This document shows positions 27,341 through 36,834 of a stretch of DNA of 64,000 nt, one piece after another. Under the pieces are notes generated by a model, which saw only the letters and a program-made list of their open reading frames with translations, did not search any database and was not told the DNA's origin. The position numbers were made by a program, and so were the translations under genes. Where the stretch lies: NCBI GenBank assembly GCA_965214395.1, contig CBDCBZ010000001.1, positions 152,171-216,170 on the forward strand, given 5' to 3'. Numbering within the stretch: the stretch's first letter is position 1; each line of letters begins with the position of its first letter. The stretch comes from Tepidiformaceae bacterium. GTDB lineage: Bacteria > Chloroflexota > Dehalococcoidia > Tepidiformales > Tepidiformaceae.

Positions 27341-27751
27341 ATGATGCGACCAGCGATCCTCGAGCAGCGGGACAAGAACCAGCAGACGCCAGTGCTGGAC
27401 CGCGTCGCGGCCATGAAGGAACAGCTGCAGGCGGCGGGCGACGAGGCGCAGGAATTGCGCCACCTGCCCGCCTGGGCATCGCAGGAGATGGCCGGCCAGG
27501 GCCTCTACCGGATGCCGGTGCCGGCGGAGCTCGGCGGGGAGGACGCGAGCGCTCGCGAGCAGATCGAGACGATCGAGGCGGTCTCGGCGATCGACGGCAG
27601 CCGCATGGAAAGCCCGCTGGAGCGCCAGCTACGGGACGCGCAGCAGTCGGCGACACACACGCTGATCACGTGGCGGCACTACGAGGACATCGGTAAGACC
27701 TTCGTGGGGCACGACCCCGCAATCAACTACGTAGAACTGGGCCGGGCCTAG
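27341..27751 (+). pseudogene. third ACAD-like copy with in-frame internal deletion (N-terminal 87 aa fused to C-terminal 49 aa)
   Basis: ..EAVSAIDGS|RMESPLERQLRDAQQ.. The junction lies at 27601/27602. The full copies carry ~275 residues between SAIDGS and TGSRMESPLE. The ORF stays open (136 aa) with the conserved leader and RBS. Confidence 0.7.
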
Positions 27752-27779
27752 CCCGGTCCGACACGACAGGAGCAAACAG

Positions 27780-28475
27780 ATGGCAGAACGCGAACCACTC
27801 GACGTGCTGGAGGCGATCCACTCGACGCCAGCGCGACGCTTCCTCGGATCCGACCCGATTCCCGACGAGGTCCTGTGGGAGCTGTTGGACGCGGCCATCC
27901 GCGGACCAACAGGGGGTAACTCGCAGATCTGGGGCTGGGTGGTCGTGCGCGACGAGGCGAAGAAGGCGCAGATCGCCGAGTGGTGGAAAGGCGTGTTCGA
28001 GGCGACCTACGGGCGCGCCGATCCGGCCGCGCTGGAGCAGGGCGGTCGCGTCCAGTTCTCCGACTTCGACAAGGTGGTGGACGCGGAGACGGGGCTCGAC
28101 GCCTCGGGACTGCGTTCGGTGACCTACCTGGCGAACCACATCGGCGAGGCGCCCGTGCTGCTCGTGCCAGTGCTTACCGGCGTGGCCGGGGGGCCGGAGT
28201 CGACACGCACCGGGATTACCTACGGCGGCTTCATCTTCGGGGCCATCCAGAACCTGGCGCTGGCGGCCCGGGCCCACGGCATCGGGGCGCCGCTGACGAC
28301 GTTCGGGACGGGTCCCAAACTCGACGAGTTGCTCGAACTGCCGGCGGGCTCCACCGGCGTCGCGGTCATCCCGCTGGGGTACCCCGTCCGCGGGCGCTTC
28401 TCGCAGCCGCGACGGATGCCGGTCGAGGAGGTCGTGCACTTCGATACGTGGGGGACTCAGCAGGAGCGCTCATAG
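27780..28475 (+). CDS. nitroreductase family protein
   Basis: ..LEAIHSTPARRF...PIPDEVLWELLDAAIRGPTGGNSQIWGWVVV.. is the typical nitroreductase N-terminus. 231 aa. Confidence 0.8.
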   Translation: MAEREPLDVLEAIHSTPARRFLGSDPIPDEVLWELLDAAIRGPTGGNSQIWGWVVVRDEAKKAQIAEWWKGVFEATYGRADPAALEQGGRVQFSDFDKVVDAETGLDASGLRSVTYLANHIGEAPVLLVPVLTGVAGGPESTRTGITYGGFIFGAIQNLALAARAHGIGAPLTTFGTGPKLDELLELPAGSTGVAVIPLGYPVRGRFSQPRRMPVEEVVHFDTWGTQQERS

Positions 28476-28573
28476 CCGGTCCCGCCGCAGGGTGTACCCG
28501 ACCCAGTGGCTCAGCTGACCCGCCGGGGCAGTTGGGCTTTATCGTTCCCGAACTCGCAGGAGGAGGCTCCGTC

Positions 28574-29380
28574 ATGCCCGATATCGTCACGCTGGAACGA
28601 CCGCGCGAGGGCGTCGCGCTCATCACGATGTCGAACCCGGACATCAACAACCACGGCTCGTGGGAGGGCGTGGGGCAGCTCGGGGATGCGCTGGTGGAGG
28701 CGCGGGAAGGTGGGGCGCGGGTGTCGGTGCTGGCTGCGGGGACGCCGGGGCACTGGTACGAGCACGCCTGGCTGCGCGACCTGCGCAACACGGTCACGGG
28801 GGAGCCGACGACGGGGACGGGCGGCGGCTGGGGCGCCTGCCTGCAAGAGCTGGCGAAGACCCCCGTCGTGACGATCGCGGCGATCTCCGGGGACTGCTCC
28901 GGGGGCGGGGCGGAGTTGGGGTGGGCCTGCGACCTGCGCATCGCGGAGGAGCAGGCGCGCTTCGGGCAGCCGGAGATCCAGATCGCGCTGACGACGGGCA
29001 TCGGCGGGACGAGCCGGCTGGCGCGCATCATCGGGCGCACCGCGACGGCGGAGATGGTGCTCGACGGAACGCCCATGACGGCGCAGCGCATCTACGAGCT
29101 GGGCGGGGTGAACCGCGTCGTGCCGGAGGGTACATCGGTGGAGGTGGCGCTGGACTGGGCGAGCCGCCTGGCGGACCGCCCGGCGAAGGCGCTGGCGACG
29201 CTCAAGCAGATCCTGATCGACAACGACGACCTGGGGCTCTCGGAGGCGCTCACGAACGAGCAGCGCCTCTTCCAGACGGTTGTTGGCACGGAGGAAGCGA
29301 TCGCGACGATGGGCGACATCCAGGATCGCTTCGACGCGGGCGAGTCGATCGAGTCGGTGTACGGGTCACCCCGGCCGTAG
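28574..29380 (+). CDS. enoyl-CoA hydratase/isomerase family protein
   Basis: ..GGGAELGWACDLRIAEEQARFGQPEIQIALTTGIGGTSRLARIIG.. is a crotonase core. AGGAGG RBS before ATG 28574. It forms the tail of track ORF 27980..29380. Confidence 0.8.
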   Translation: MPDIVTLERPREGVALITMSNPDINNHGSWEGVGQLGDALVEAREGGARVSVLAAGTPGHWYEHAWLRDLRNTVTGEPTTGTGGGWGACLQELAKTPVVTIAAISGDCSGGGAELGWACDLRIAEEQARFGQPEIQIALTTGIGGTSRLARIIGRTATAEMVLDGTPMTAQRIYELGGVNRVVPEGTSVEVALDWASRLADRPAKALATLKQILIDNDDLGLSEALTNEQRLFQTVVGTEEAIATMGDIQDRFDAGESIESVYGSPRP

Positions 29381-29395
29381 CGCTGTCGGCTTCGC

Positions 29396-30184
29396 TTACC
29401 AGAATTCGTCGAGGAGCTTGTAGTAATCGACCCTCTCGGTGTCGGGGCCGGGGAGGCCGTAGGCCTCGAAGAAGGCGGTCGTGAGGTCCTGGCCAGTGTT
29501 CCGCTCGAGGCTCCTGAGGGCCAGCGCGATGTCCTTGTATCGATCCGCCACTCCGGCGCGGCCAAGGTCGACAAAGCCGCCCAGGTCCTGGCCGTCGACG
29601 ATGATGTTGGGCAGGCAGTAGTCGCCGTGGGTGAAGACGAGGTCTTCGGTGGAAGGCCGCGTGGTCAGCAACTCCTGGAAGAGGTCCGTGGCGGAGCGGC
29701 CGAGGCGGATGTCGTCGAAGTCGGCCTCGTCGACGAGGCCGAGCGCGATGTTGCGGCGCGCCTCTTCGATCTCGCGGTCGAGCATCATGTCGAAAGGGCA
29801 CTGCTCGACAGGCAGGGCGTGGATCGTGCGCAGTCCGGTCGCCAGCAGCGTGGCGATGCGCTCGGGGGGCTCGACGGCTGCCAGACTAGCCGCATTGCCG
29901 CCGGCCAGGGCGGTCAGGAGCAAGTACTCGCTCTGCCCGTCCACGGCGTAGCGAAGCACATCGGGGACGGGCAACCGTCCCTGGAGCCAGTCGAGCCTCT
30001 CCTTCTCCGCCAACAGGTCATTCCGCGCAGATTGCGGGGAGATCTTCAGGTAGAGCGCGGGGGCTCCATCGCGTTCAAGGCGGAACGTGTCCGCCAATGA
30101 CTCGCCGGTAGTGATCCGGTTCCACGTACAACCCTTGACGAAGGGTTGCACGACTCCAGGGACTCTTGGCGGGACTGGGGACAT
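29396..30184 (-). CDS. aminoglycoside 3'-phosphotransferase-like kinase, APH(3') family
   Basis: 262 aa. VFTHGDYCLPNIIVDG..GFVDLGRAGVADRYKDIALALRSL...YYKLLDEFW closely parallels the APH(3') catalytic and C-terminal motifs (HGDxxxxN, GxxDxGRxGxADRYxDIAL, ..LLDEFF). Confidence 0.85.
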   Translation of the reverse strand: MSPVPPRVPGVVQPFVKGCTWNRITTGESLADTFRLERDGAPALYLKISPQSARNDLLAEKERLDWLQGRLPVPDVLRYAVDGQSEYLLLTALAGGNAASLAAVEPPERIATLLATGLRTIHALPVEQCPFDMMLDREIEEARRNIALGLVDEADFDDIRLGRSATDLFQELLTTRPSTEDLVFTHGDYCLPNIIVDGQDLGGFVDLGRAGVADRYKDIALALRSLERNTGQDLTTAFFEAYGLPGPDTERVDYYKLLDEFW

Positions 30185-30321
30185 CAGGCTTCGATCTGAG
30201 CACCTTCATGCGTTTGGGTCACGCGCCTCACACCCGCTTGCGAGGCGGCGTAGGATAGACGCAATTCCGGGCCGGGATGGGTTGCGTAGAGGCCGCCGCG
30301 TCGGGCCTGGCGGGGGTTCTG

Positions 30322-31659
30322 ATGTCTGTTGATTCAATGTCGAAGCATGACGTGGCGATGATGGAGGCGGAGGGGCAGTGCCCCTTCAGCGTCGAGGACG
30401 TTGACCTGTTCGCGCCGGGGTCGCAGGAGTACTGGTTCGACGCCTACCGCATCCTGCACCAGGACGCGCCCGTGCTGCGCATTCCCGGGGGCGGCGACAC
30501 GCCCGACAAGGACGGCTTCATCCTCACGAAGTACGAGGACGTGGCGCGCATCGTGCGCGACACGGAGACGTTCCCTCTCAACTACGGCCAGCGCGCCGCC
30601 GGGCAGGAGGTGGAGCGGGAGATACTGCAGAAGGAGGGCCACGGCGACGCCATCGACGCGGGCCTGAGCCTGCGCCCCACGATGGTGGAGCACCGGTGGC
30701 ACCGCGAGCAGCTCACGAATCCCTGGGTGGGGGCCGTGGGGGCGGACCGCAACCGGGACATGATCACGGACTTTGTGAACGAGCTCATCGACCGCTGGAT
30801 CGACCGTGGTTCGGTGGAGTACGTGACCGAGTTCGCGGCGCCGCTGCCGCAGATGGTGATCACGACGATCCTCGGCTTCCCGCTGGAGGACATGCCCACG
30901 CTGCAGAAGTGGGAGGAGGCGCAGGTTCGGCGCTTCGTGTTTGGATCGACGCACCGCAACCTGCTGCCGCCGGAGGACGAGGCGGAGAACGCGCGCACGC
31001 TGGCGGCCTTCCACGAGTACATCGGGAAGCACGTGCGGGAGAAGCGGCAGAACCCGAAGGACGACATGATCTCCTACCTGACGCAGGTGGAGTACGGCGA
31101 CACGAAGCGCCCGCTCACGGACGCGGAGGTGGTGAGCGTCGCCTACGGGATGCACATCGGCGGCAACGAGACGACGCAGTACGCGCTCACGGCGGAGGCG
31201 ATGGTGCTCGCGCAGAAGCCGGGGCTGGCGGAGGAGCTGCGAGCGGATCGCTCGAAGGTGCGCTTCTTCGTGGAGGAGTGCTTGCGCCTGTACGCGCCCA
31301 CGCAGGGTCTCTCCGGGCGGCGCCCGATCCACGACATCGAGGTGCAGGGGGTGACGATCCCGGCGGGGTCGACGATCCACCTGCGCTACGGGGCGGGGAA
31401 CCGCGACGAGGACGAGTACCCGAACGCGGAGGAGATCGACCTGACGCGGCCCAGCCCGGGGCGGCACGTGACGTTCGGGCAGGGACCGCGGTCGTGTCCG
31501 GGGGCGGGGCTCTCGCGGCTCGAGCAGAACATCGCCACGAACGTGATCCTCGACCGGCTGGACGACCTGCGGCTGGCACCGGGCAAGAACGACCTGCGGC
31601 ACCAGCCGGGGGTGATGCTCGGCCTGCTGGAGCTGAACCTGGAGTTCGGCGAGCGCTAG
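30322..31659 (+). CDS. cytochrome P450
   Basis: Heme-binding loop FGQGPRSCPGAGL, I-helix-like GGNETT and an ExxR (EECLR). Start ambiguous: ATG at 30277, 30322 or 30337. Confidence 0.9.
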   Translation: MSVDSMSKHDVAMMEAEGQCPFSVEDVDLFAPGSQEYWFDAYRILHQDAPVLRIPGGGDTPDKDGFILTKYEDVARIVRDTETFPLNYGQRAAGQEVEREILQKEGHGDAIDAGLSLRPTMVEHRWHREQLTNPWVGAVGADRNRDMITDFVNELIDRWIDRGSVEYVTEFAAPLPQMVITTILGFPLEDMPTLQKWEEAQVRRFVFGSTHRNLLPPEDEAENARTLAAFHEYIGKHVREKRQNPKDDMISYLTQVEYGDTKRPLTDAEVVSVAYGMHIGGNETTQYALTAEAMVLAQKPGLAEELRADRSKVRFFVEECLRLYAPTQGLSGRRPIHDIEVQGVTIPAGSTIHLRYGAGNRDEDEYPNAEEIDLTRPSPGRHVTFGQGPRSCPGAGLSRLEQNIATNVILDRLDDLRLAPGKNDLRHQPGVMLGLLELNLEFGER

Positions 31660-31721
31660 ACCGGCTCCCTTCTTCCATCCTTGACAGTGGGGGAAGGGGA
31701 GCCATACACTCGCGACGGCTT

Positions 31722-31890
31722 TTTTCGTCCGGGTGCCCGTCCCAGGGAGAATAGGGAAGGCGGTGAGAATCCGCCGCGGTAGCGCCACTGTAATCGGGAA
31801 GACGGAGCCGAAGCCCACTGTCGGCAAGCCGATGGGAAGGGCCCGGCACTAACCAACCCGTAAGCCAGGAGACCTGCCTGGACGAGAGGT
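31722..31890 (+). promoter_or_regulatory. cobalamin (AdoCbl) riboswitch aptamer
   Basis: Core elements appear in the right order: AAUAGGGAA-GGCGGUGAGAAUCCGCC-GCGGUAGCGCCACUGUAA, and the B12 box AAGCCAGGAGACCUGCC at 31862-31878. It lies upstream of the btuC-like permease. Confidence 0.9.
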
Positions 31891-31958
31891 GTCACTTCTC
31901 CGCTATAGAGAGGTGCCCTCGATCTCCGGGCACCGATCCGGGCAGGTCGAACAAGGTA

Positions 31959-31988
31959 CCCCCAGCGGAGACGCTGGGGGTTTCTGTT
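31959..31988 (+). terminator. intrinsic terminator (riboswitch expression platform)
   Basis: CCCCCAGCG-GAGA-CGCUGGGGG (9-bp stem, 4-nt loop) followed by UUUCUGUU, between the aptamer and ATG 32029. Confidence 0.8.
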
Positions 31989-32028
31989 GCAGGCGGTCGG
32001 ACTCGCGACACTGCGCGGCTATCGGCGG

Positions 32029-33063
32029 ATGGGCATCGGCGCCCGCCTGGCGATCGGCGGGACGGTCCTGCTGGCGCTCGTGCTGGTCGTCGGCCTGGTC
32101 TCGCTGAGCCTCGGTCCGGTCGATATCTCCGCCGGCGACGTGGCCTGGATCGTGCTCTCCGCCATCGGGTTGGACACACCCGAGTTCGGGCGCACGGAAC
32201 AGCTCGTGATCGAGCAGATCCGGCTGCCGCGGATCATCGTGGGCGCCTCGGTGGGGATGGCGCTGGGGGTGGCGGGGGCGACGATGCAGGGGCTGTTCCG
32301 CAACCCAATGGCCGACCCCGGCATCATCGGGGTGTCGGCGGGAGGGGCGCTGGGGGCGGTGGTGGCGATTGCGGCGGGCCTGACGGGGCTGTTCTTCCTA
32401 GCGCTCCCGGTCTTCGCCTTCGCGGGGGCGATCGCGGCGGCGTTCCTCGTGTACGGCATCGCCGTGGCCGGGGGGCACTTCTCGATGGCGACCCTGCTGC
32501 TGGCGGGCGTCGCCGTGAATGCGTTCCTGGGGGCGATCGTCTCCGCGATCATCATCTTCCTGCCCGACAACGAGGCGCTTCGGGAGATCCTGTTCTGGCT
32601 CGCGGGCGGGCTGGACGCGCGCGCCTGGGAGCACGTCCGCATCGCCACGCCCCTGATCCTGGGGAGCACCGCCCTGCTCCTGATCATGTCGCGCGACCTG
32701 AACCTGCTGATGCTGGGCGACGACGAAGCGCGCTCGATGGGCGTGCGCGTCGGCGTGACGCGCGTGGCCCTGCTTGCGATCGCGGCGCTGGCCACGGGCG
32801 CGGCCGTCGCCGTGAGCGGGACCATCGCCTTCGTCGGCCTGGTGACGCCGCACGTGCTGCGGCTCCTGATGGGCCCCGACAACCGCGTGCTCATCCCGAT
32901 GAGCGCCCTGGGGGGCGCCGTCTTCGTGATGGTGGCGGACACCGTCGCGCGGATGGTCATCGAGCCGGCCGAACTGCGGGTCGGGATTCTCACGGCGTTC
33001 GTGGGAGCGCCGTTCTTCATCGCCCTTCTCATCACGAACAAACGGCAGGTCTACGCGCTATGA
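32029..33063 (+). CDS. btuC: FecCD/BtuC-type ABC permease (cobalamin/corrinoid uptake)
   Basis: Polytopic FecCD-family sequence (..RLPRIIVGASVGMALGVAGATMQGLFRNPMADPGIIGVS..). ATG 32029 was preferred because TTG 31987 lies inside the terminator U-tract. Confidence 0.85.
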   Translation: MGIGARLAIGGTVLLALVLVVGLVSLSLGPVDISAGDVAWIVLSAIGLDTPEFGRTEQLVIEQIRLPRIIVGASVGMALGVAGATMQGLFRNPMADPGIIGVSAGGALGAVVAIAAGLTGLFFLALPVFAFAGAIAAAFLVYGIAVAGGHFSMATLLLAGVAVNAFLGAIVSAIIIFLPDNEALREILFWLAGGLDARAWEHVRIATPLILGSTALLLIMSRDLNLLMLGDDEARSMGVRVGVTRVALLAIAALATGAAVAVSGTIAFVGLVTPHVLRLLMGPDNRVLIPMSALGGAVFVMVADTVARMVIEPAELRVGILTAFVGAPFFIALLITNKRQVYAL

Positions 33064-33090
33064 GCGTGGGCCTGCTGCAAAGGAGTCACC

Positions 33091-34275
33091 GTGTCCCTTA
33101 AGCCATTCCGTCTACTTGTTGTGCCGCTCGCCCTGCTGGTGCTGGGGCTAGCGCTGGCGGCCTGCTCCTCCGACGAGGAGTCGCCCGCGACGCCGGAGCC
33201 CACAGCAGCGGCGACGCCTGCTCCAACGGCGACCGCAACCGCTGAACCGACCGAGGCGCCAACGGAGACGCCGACGGAGGCAGCAACGGCGACGGCCGCT
33301 GCCACGGAGGCGGCCACGCCCCAGCCAACGCCGGAACCGACACCCGTGGCGCGGTCGCTCGAAGGCGTGAAGGGCATCGTCGACCATACGAACACGGGCT
33401 GGCCCCGCGAGGTCGAGGGCCTGAACGGGGTCGTCAGCATTCCCGCGAAGCCGGTGCGCATCATTACGGCCTCGGTGGGGCACGACGAGATGACGCTGGC
33501 GATCGTGCCGAGCGACAGGCTGGTGGCCATCGGCGGGGCGACGAAGAACGAGACCTACTCGAACGTGGCCCACCTGGTGCAGGAGAAGGCGGAGATCTCG
33601 CGGGACCCGGAGATCATCATCGCGCAGTCTCCAGATGTAGTCGTGACCAGCCCGTTCTTCCCAATCGAGGTGGTCGAGGCGCTCATACGAGCGGGCATCC
33701 CCGTCATCCAGACGGAACTGGAGCAGGGCCCGGAGTCGCGCATCGAAGCGATCCTGCTGATGGGGTACATCTACGGCGAGGAGGAACGCGCCTTCGAGTT
33801 CGCCGACGAGGTGCAAGCGCGCTACGAAGCCCTGGTGGACGTCACGGGCGTGAAGGAGCCCAAGCCGCGGGTGCTCGCCCTGACGCAGTACTCGGACACG
33901 CTCTGGGTCGCGGGCGGTCGTTCGACCGAGGGCGGCGTGATCACAGCGGCGGGCGGTCTCAACGCCGCCGAGGACGCGGGAATCACCGGGAACCAGACGA
34001 CAAGCCTCGAGGGGGTGATCGCAATGGCCCCGGACATCATCATCATTCCGCAGCCGGTTGCGTTCGGCGCAGAGGAGTTCCGGCAGAGCCTGCTGGAGCA
34101 CGAGGCGCTGGCCGAGCTGCCGGCGATCAAGAACGGCGCGGTCTTCGTCGTGGAGAGCAAGCACTTCACGACGCTGTCGTACTGGAACATTCGCGGAGCG
34201 GAGGACCTGGCGCGCATGCTGTGGCCGGACGACTTCCCCGATCCGCCGGCAGAATCCTTCAGCCTGGCCGAGTAG
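33091..34275 (+). CDS. ABC substrate-binding lipoprotein, BtuF/FhuD class (cluster A-II)
   Basis: Lipobox LALAACSS and a ~70-aa Thr/Pro/Ala/Glu tether, then a periplasmic-binding-protein type 2 fold (..PVRIITASVGHDEMTLAI..; ..PDIIIIPQP..). Confidence 0.8.
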   Translation: MSLKPFRLLVVPLALLVLGLALAACSSDEESPATPEPTAAATPAPTATATAEPTEAPTETPTEAATATAAATEAATPQPTPEPTPVARSLEGVKGIVDHTNTGWPREVEGLNGVVSIPAKPVRIITASVGHDEMTLAIVPSDRLVAIGGATKNETYSNVAHLVQEKAEISRDPEIIIAQSPDVVVTSPFFPIEVVEALIRAGIPVIQTELEQGPESRIEAILLMGYIYGEEERAFEFADEVQARYEALVDVTGVKEPKPRVLALTQYSDTLWVAGGRSTEGGVITAAGGLNAAEDAGITGNQTTSLEGVIAMAPDIIIIPQPVAFGAEEFRQSLLEHEALAELPAIKNGAVFVVESKHFTTLSYWNIRGAEDLARMLWPDDFPDPPAESFSLAE

Positions 34276-34283
34276 GTGGCGAT

Positions 34284-35183
34284 ATGAGCACGAACGGACA
34301 CACTCCCGCACCGGCATCGGTCGACGCGCAGGCCGTCTCCTTCAGCGTCGAGGCGAAAACGCTGCTGGACCGGGTCGACATGCGCGCGGAGCGGGGCCAG
34401 TTCGTCGGGCTGATCGGCCCGAACGGGGCGGGAAAGTCGACCCTGCTGCGGACGCTCTCCGGGGTGTTGCGGCACCAGCAGGGGGCAGTCTGGCTGGAGG
34501 GGTCGGACCTGGGGGCGATGCGTGCCAGGGACGTGGCCGCGATGCTCGCGCTGGTCCCGCAGATCGCGCCCTACACGCAGGGCTTCACGGCCTTCGAGCT
34601 CGTCCTGATGGGGCGCTATCCCCACCTGGGGCGGTTCGCGGTGGAGGGGCAGGCAGACGACCGTATCGCCCGCGATGCGATGCTCCTGACCGAGACCGAC
34701 CACTTCGCCCCGCGAACGCTGGACACGCTCTCGGGCGGGGAGCGCCAGCGGGTGTTCCTGGCGCGGGCGCTGGCGCAGCAGCCGCGCGTGCTGCTGCTCG
34801 ACGAACCCACCTCGAACCTCGACATCCTGCACCAGCTCACGATCCTCGGGCTGGTGCGGCAGCTGGTGGACAACGGCCTGACGGCAATCGCGGCCATCCA
34901 CGACCTGAATCTCGCGGCGCGTTACTGCGACCGGCTGGTGCTGCTGAGCAACGGCGGGGTGGTCACGGAGGGGGCGCCGGAGGAGGTGCTGACGCCGGAG
35001 ACGATCGAATCGGCGTTCGGGGTGCGTGCGGCCATCTACCGCGAGCCGGTGGCGGGCGCCCTCGCCATCAGCCTGATCGAGCCGGCAGCGGGGGCGGACG
35101 CCGTCGCGCATGCCGGCACCGAGGGCGATAACGGCCGGGCTCCCGCCGGCAAGAACGGTGTGGCCAGTGCCATCCCCCGATGA
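34284..35183 (+). CDS. ABC transporter ATP-binding protein (BtuD/FecE type)
   Basis: Walker [10 protein letters not shown], signature LSGGERQR and Walker [12 protein letters not shown] 34284. Confidence 0.9.
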   Translation: MSTNGHTPAPASVDAQAVSFSVEAKTLLDRVDMRAERGQFVGLIGPNGAGKSTLLRTLSGVLRHQQGAVWLEGSDLGAMRARDVAAMLALVPQIAPYTQGFTAFELVLMGRYPHLGRFAVEGQADDRIARDAMLLTETDHFAPRTLDTLSGGERQRVFLARALAQQPRVLLLDEPTSNLDILHQLTILGLVRQLVDNGLTAIAAIHDLNLAARYCDRLVLLSNGGVVTEGAPEEVLTPETIESAFGVRAAIYREPVAGALAISLIEPAAGADAVAHAGTEGDNGRAPAGKNGVASAIPR

Positions 35184-35760
35184 CGCGGTAGACGCAGGCA
35201 CGGAGCTGGGGGACGCCCCCGCAACCGGGTCGCGACGCGTGCGACACGGCCTGGTCGTCGTCAACACGGGCGAGGGCAAGGGGAAGACGACGGCTGCGCT
35301 TGGCGTCCTGTTCCGGGCGTGGGGGCGGGACTATCGGGTGCGGATGTTCCAGTTCATCAAGCACTCGACCGCGCGCTTCGGGGAGCACCGGGCGGCGAAG
35401 AAGCTCGACATTCGAATCGAGGCGATGGGGGACGGCTTCACCTGGCTCTCGAAGGACATGGACCAGACGACGGCACTTGCCGTGGCCCAGTGGGAGCGCT
35501 GCAAGGAGGCGATCCTGGCGGGCGGCGAGGACATCATCATCCTCGACGAATTCACCTACGCCATGCACTACGGCTGGGTGGAAGTCGGTGACGTAGTCGA
35601 GACGCTGCGGCGGAGGCCGGAGGGGATGCACGTCATCATCACCGGCCGGTACGCGCCGGAGGAGTTGGTCGAGTTCGCGGACCTCGTGACAGAGATGAAG
35701 CTGATCAAGCACCCGTACGAGGAGCAGGGCATCGGTGCCCAGCCGGGGTTGGAGTACTAG
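35110..35760 (+). CDS. cobO: cob(I)yrinic acid a,c-diamide adenosyltransferase
   Basis: [34 protein letters not shown]....GE......ILDEFTYA...G......ITGR is the CobO/BtuR (CobA-type) pattern. Start uncertain (ATG 35110 or GTG 35158); it overlaps the ATPase 3' end. Confidence 0.85.
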   Translation: MPAPRAITAGLPPARTVWPVPSPDDAVDAGTELGDAPATGSRRVRHGLVVVNTGEGKGKTTAALGVLFRAWGRDYRVRMFQFIKHSTARFGEHRAAKKLDIRIEAMGDGFTWLSKDMDQTTALAVAQWERCKEAILAGGEDIIILDEFTYAMHYGWVEVGDVVETLRRRPEGMHVIITGRYAPEELVEFADLVTEMKLIKHPYEEQGIGAQPGLEY

Positions 35761-35762
35761 CG

Positions 35763-36824
35763 ATGTCGGTGGCGGACGTGGTGGCGGGGATCGGACCGGC
35801 GGACCCGGTCGCGCGGGAGGCCGCACGGCTGCGACAGGCGCGCCTGACGAAGCCCCCGGGGAGCCTCGGGCGGCTGGAGGATCTGTCGTTAAAGGTAGCG
35901 GCGGTCCAGGGAACGGAGTGCCCGGTCGTACGGGGGAAGGCGGTCGTGGTGGCGGCGGCGGATCACGGGGTGGTGACCCAGGGCGTCACCGGGTATCCGC
36001 AGGAGGTCACCGCACAGATGGTGCTGAACTTCCTGGCAGGCGGGGCGGCCGTGAGCGTGATGGCCCGGCGCCAGAGCGTGCGGCTTGTGGTTGTCGATGC
36101 GGGGGTAGCCACGCCGCTGGCGCCGCACCCGGAGCTGCGCGCGCTGGGCATCGGGCGCGGCACGGCGGACATGACCCAGGGACCAGCGATGTCGCGGGAG
36201 CAGGCGGAGGCCTGCGTGCTGGCGGGCGTCGGGATTGCGCGCGAGCTCGCAGATGAAGGGGCGGAGGTCATCGGGACAGGGGACATGGGTATCGGGAACA
36301 CGACCGCGTCGAGCGCCATCACAGCGGCGCTCACGGGCAGGCCCGCTCGCCAGACGACCGGTCGGGGGACGGGCCGGAACGACGAGGAGCTGGAGCACAA
36401 GGTGGCGGTGGTGGAGCGGGCGCTGACGGTGAACCGGCCCGACGCGGGGGACGGTCTGGACGTACTCGCCAAGGTGGGTGGCTTCGAGATCGGCGTGCTG
36501 GCGGGGGTGGTGCTGGGCGGAGCGCTGACGCGCCGCGTAGTCGTGCTCGACGGGTTCATCTCGGGGGCGGCGGCGCTGGTCGCGCACAGCCTGTGCCCGA
36601 CCGTAGCCGACTACCTCGTGGCCTCGCACCTCTCTTCGGAGGCATGGCACGGGGTCGTGCTCTCGCACCTGGGGCTGCGGCCGCTGCTGGACCTGGGGAT
36701 GCGGCTGGGGGAGGGCACGGGAGCAGTGCTGGCCATGGGGCTGGTCGAGGCGGCGGCTTCGTGCCTGACGGAGATGGCGACGTTCGACGAGGCGGGGGTC
36801 TCCGGCGCGGATTCCGGGAACTGA
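35763..36824 (+). CDS. cobT: nicotinate-nucleotide--dimethylbenzimidazole phosphoribosyltransferase
   Basis: ..LTKPPGSLGRLEDL..., GDMGIGNTT and ..LDGFISGAAAL.. are canonical CobT motifs. Confidence 0.92.
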   Translation: MSVADVVAGIGPADPVAREAARLRQARLTKPPGSLGRLEDLSLKVAAVQGTECPVVRGKAVVVAAADHGVVTQGVTGYPQEVTAQMVLNFLAGGAAVSVMARRQSVRLVVVDAGVATPLAPHPELRALGIGRGTADMTQGPAMSREQAEACVLAGVGIARELADEGAEVIGTGDMGIGNTTASSAITAALTGRPARQTTGRGTGRNDEELEHKVAVVERALTVNRPDAGDGLDVLAKVGGFEIGVLAGVVLGGALTRRVVVLDGFISGAAALVAHSLCPTVADYLVASHLSSEAWHGVVLSHLGLRPLLDLGMRLGEGTGAVLAMGLVEAAASCLTEMATFDEAGVSGADSGN

Positions 36825-36834
36825 GGGGATCGCG

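Noticed and set aside
31987-32028. TTG 31987 as the start of the btuC-like permease, as implied by the ORF track
   Set aside because: This codon lies inside the U-tract of the riboswitch terminator. ATG 32029 gives a normal FecCD N-terminus.
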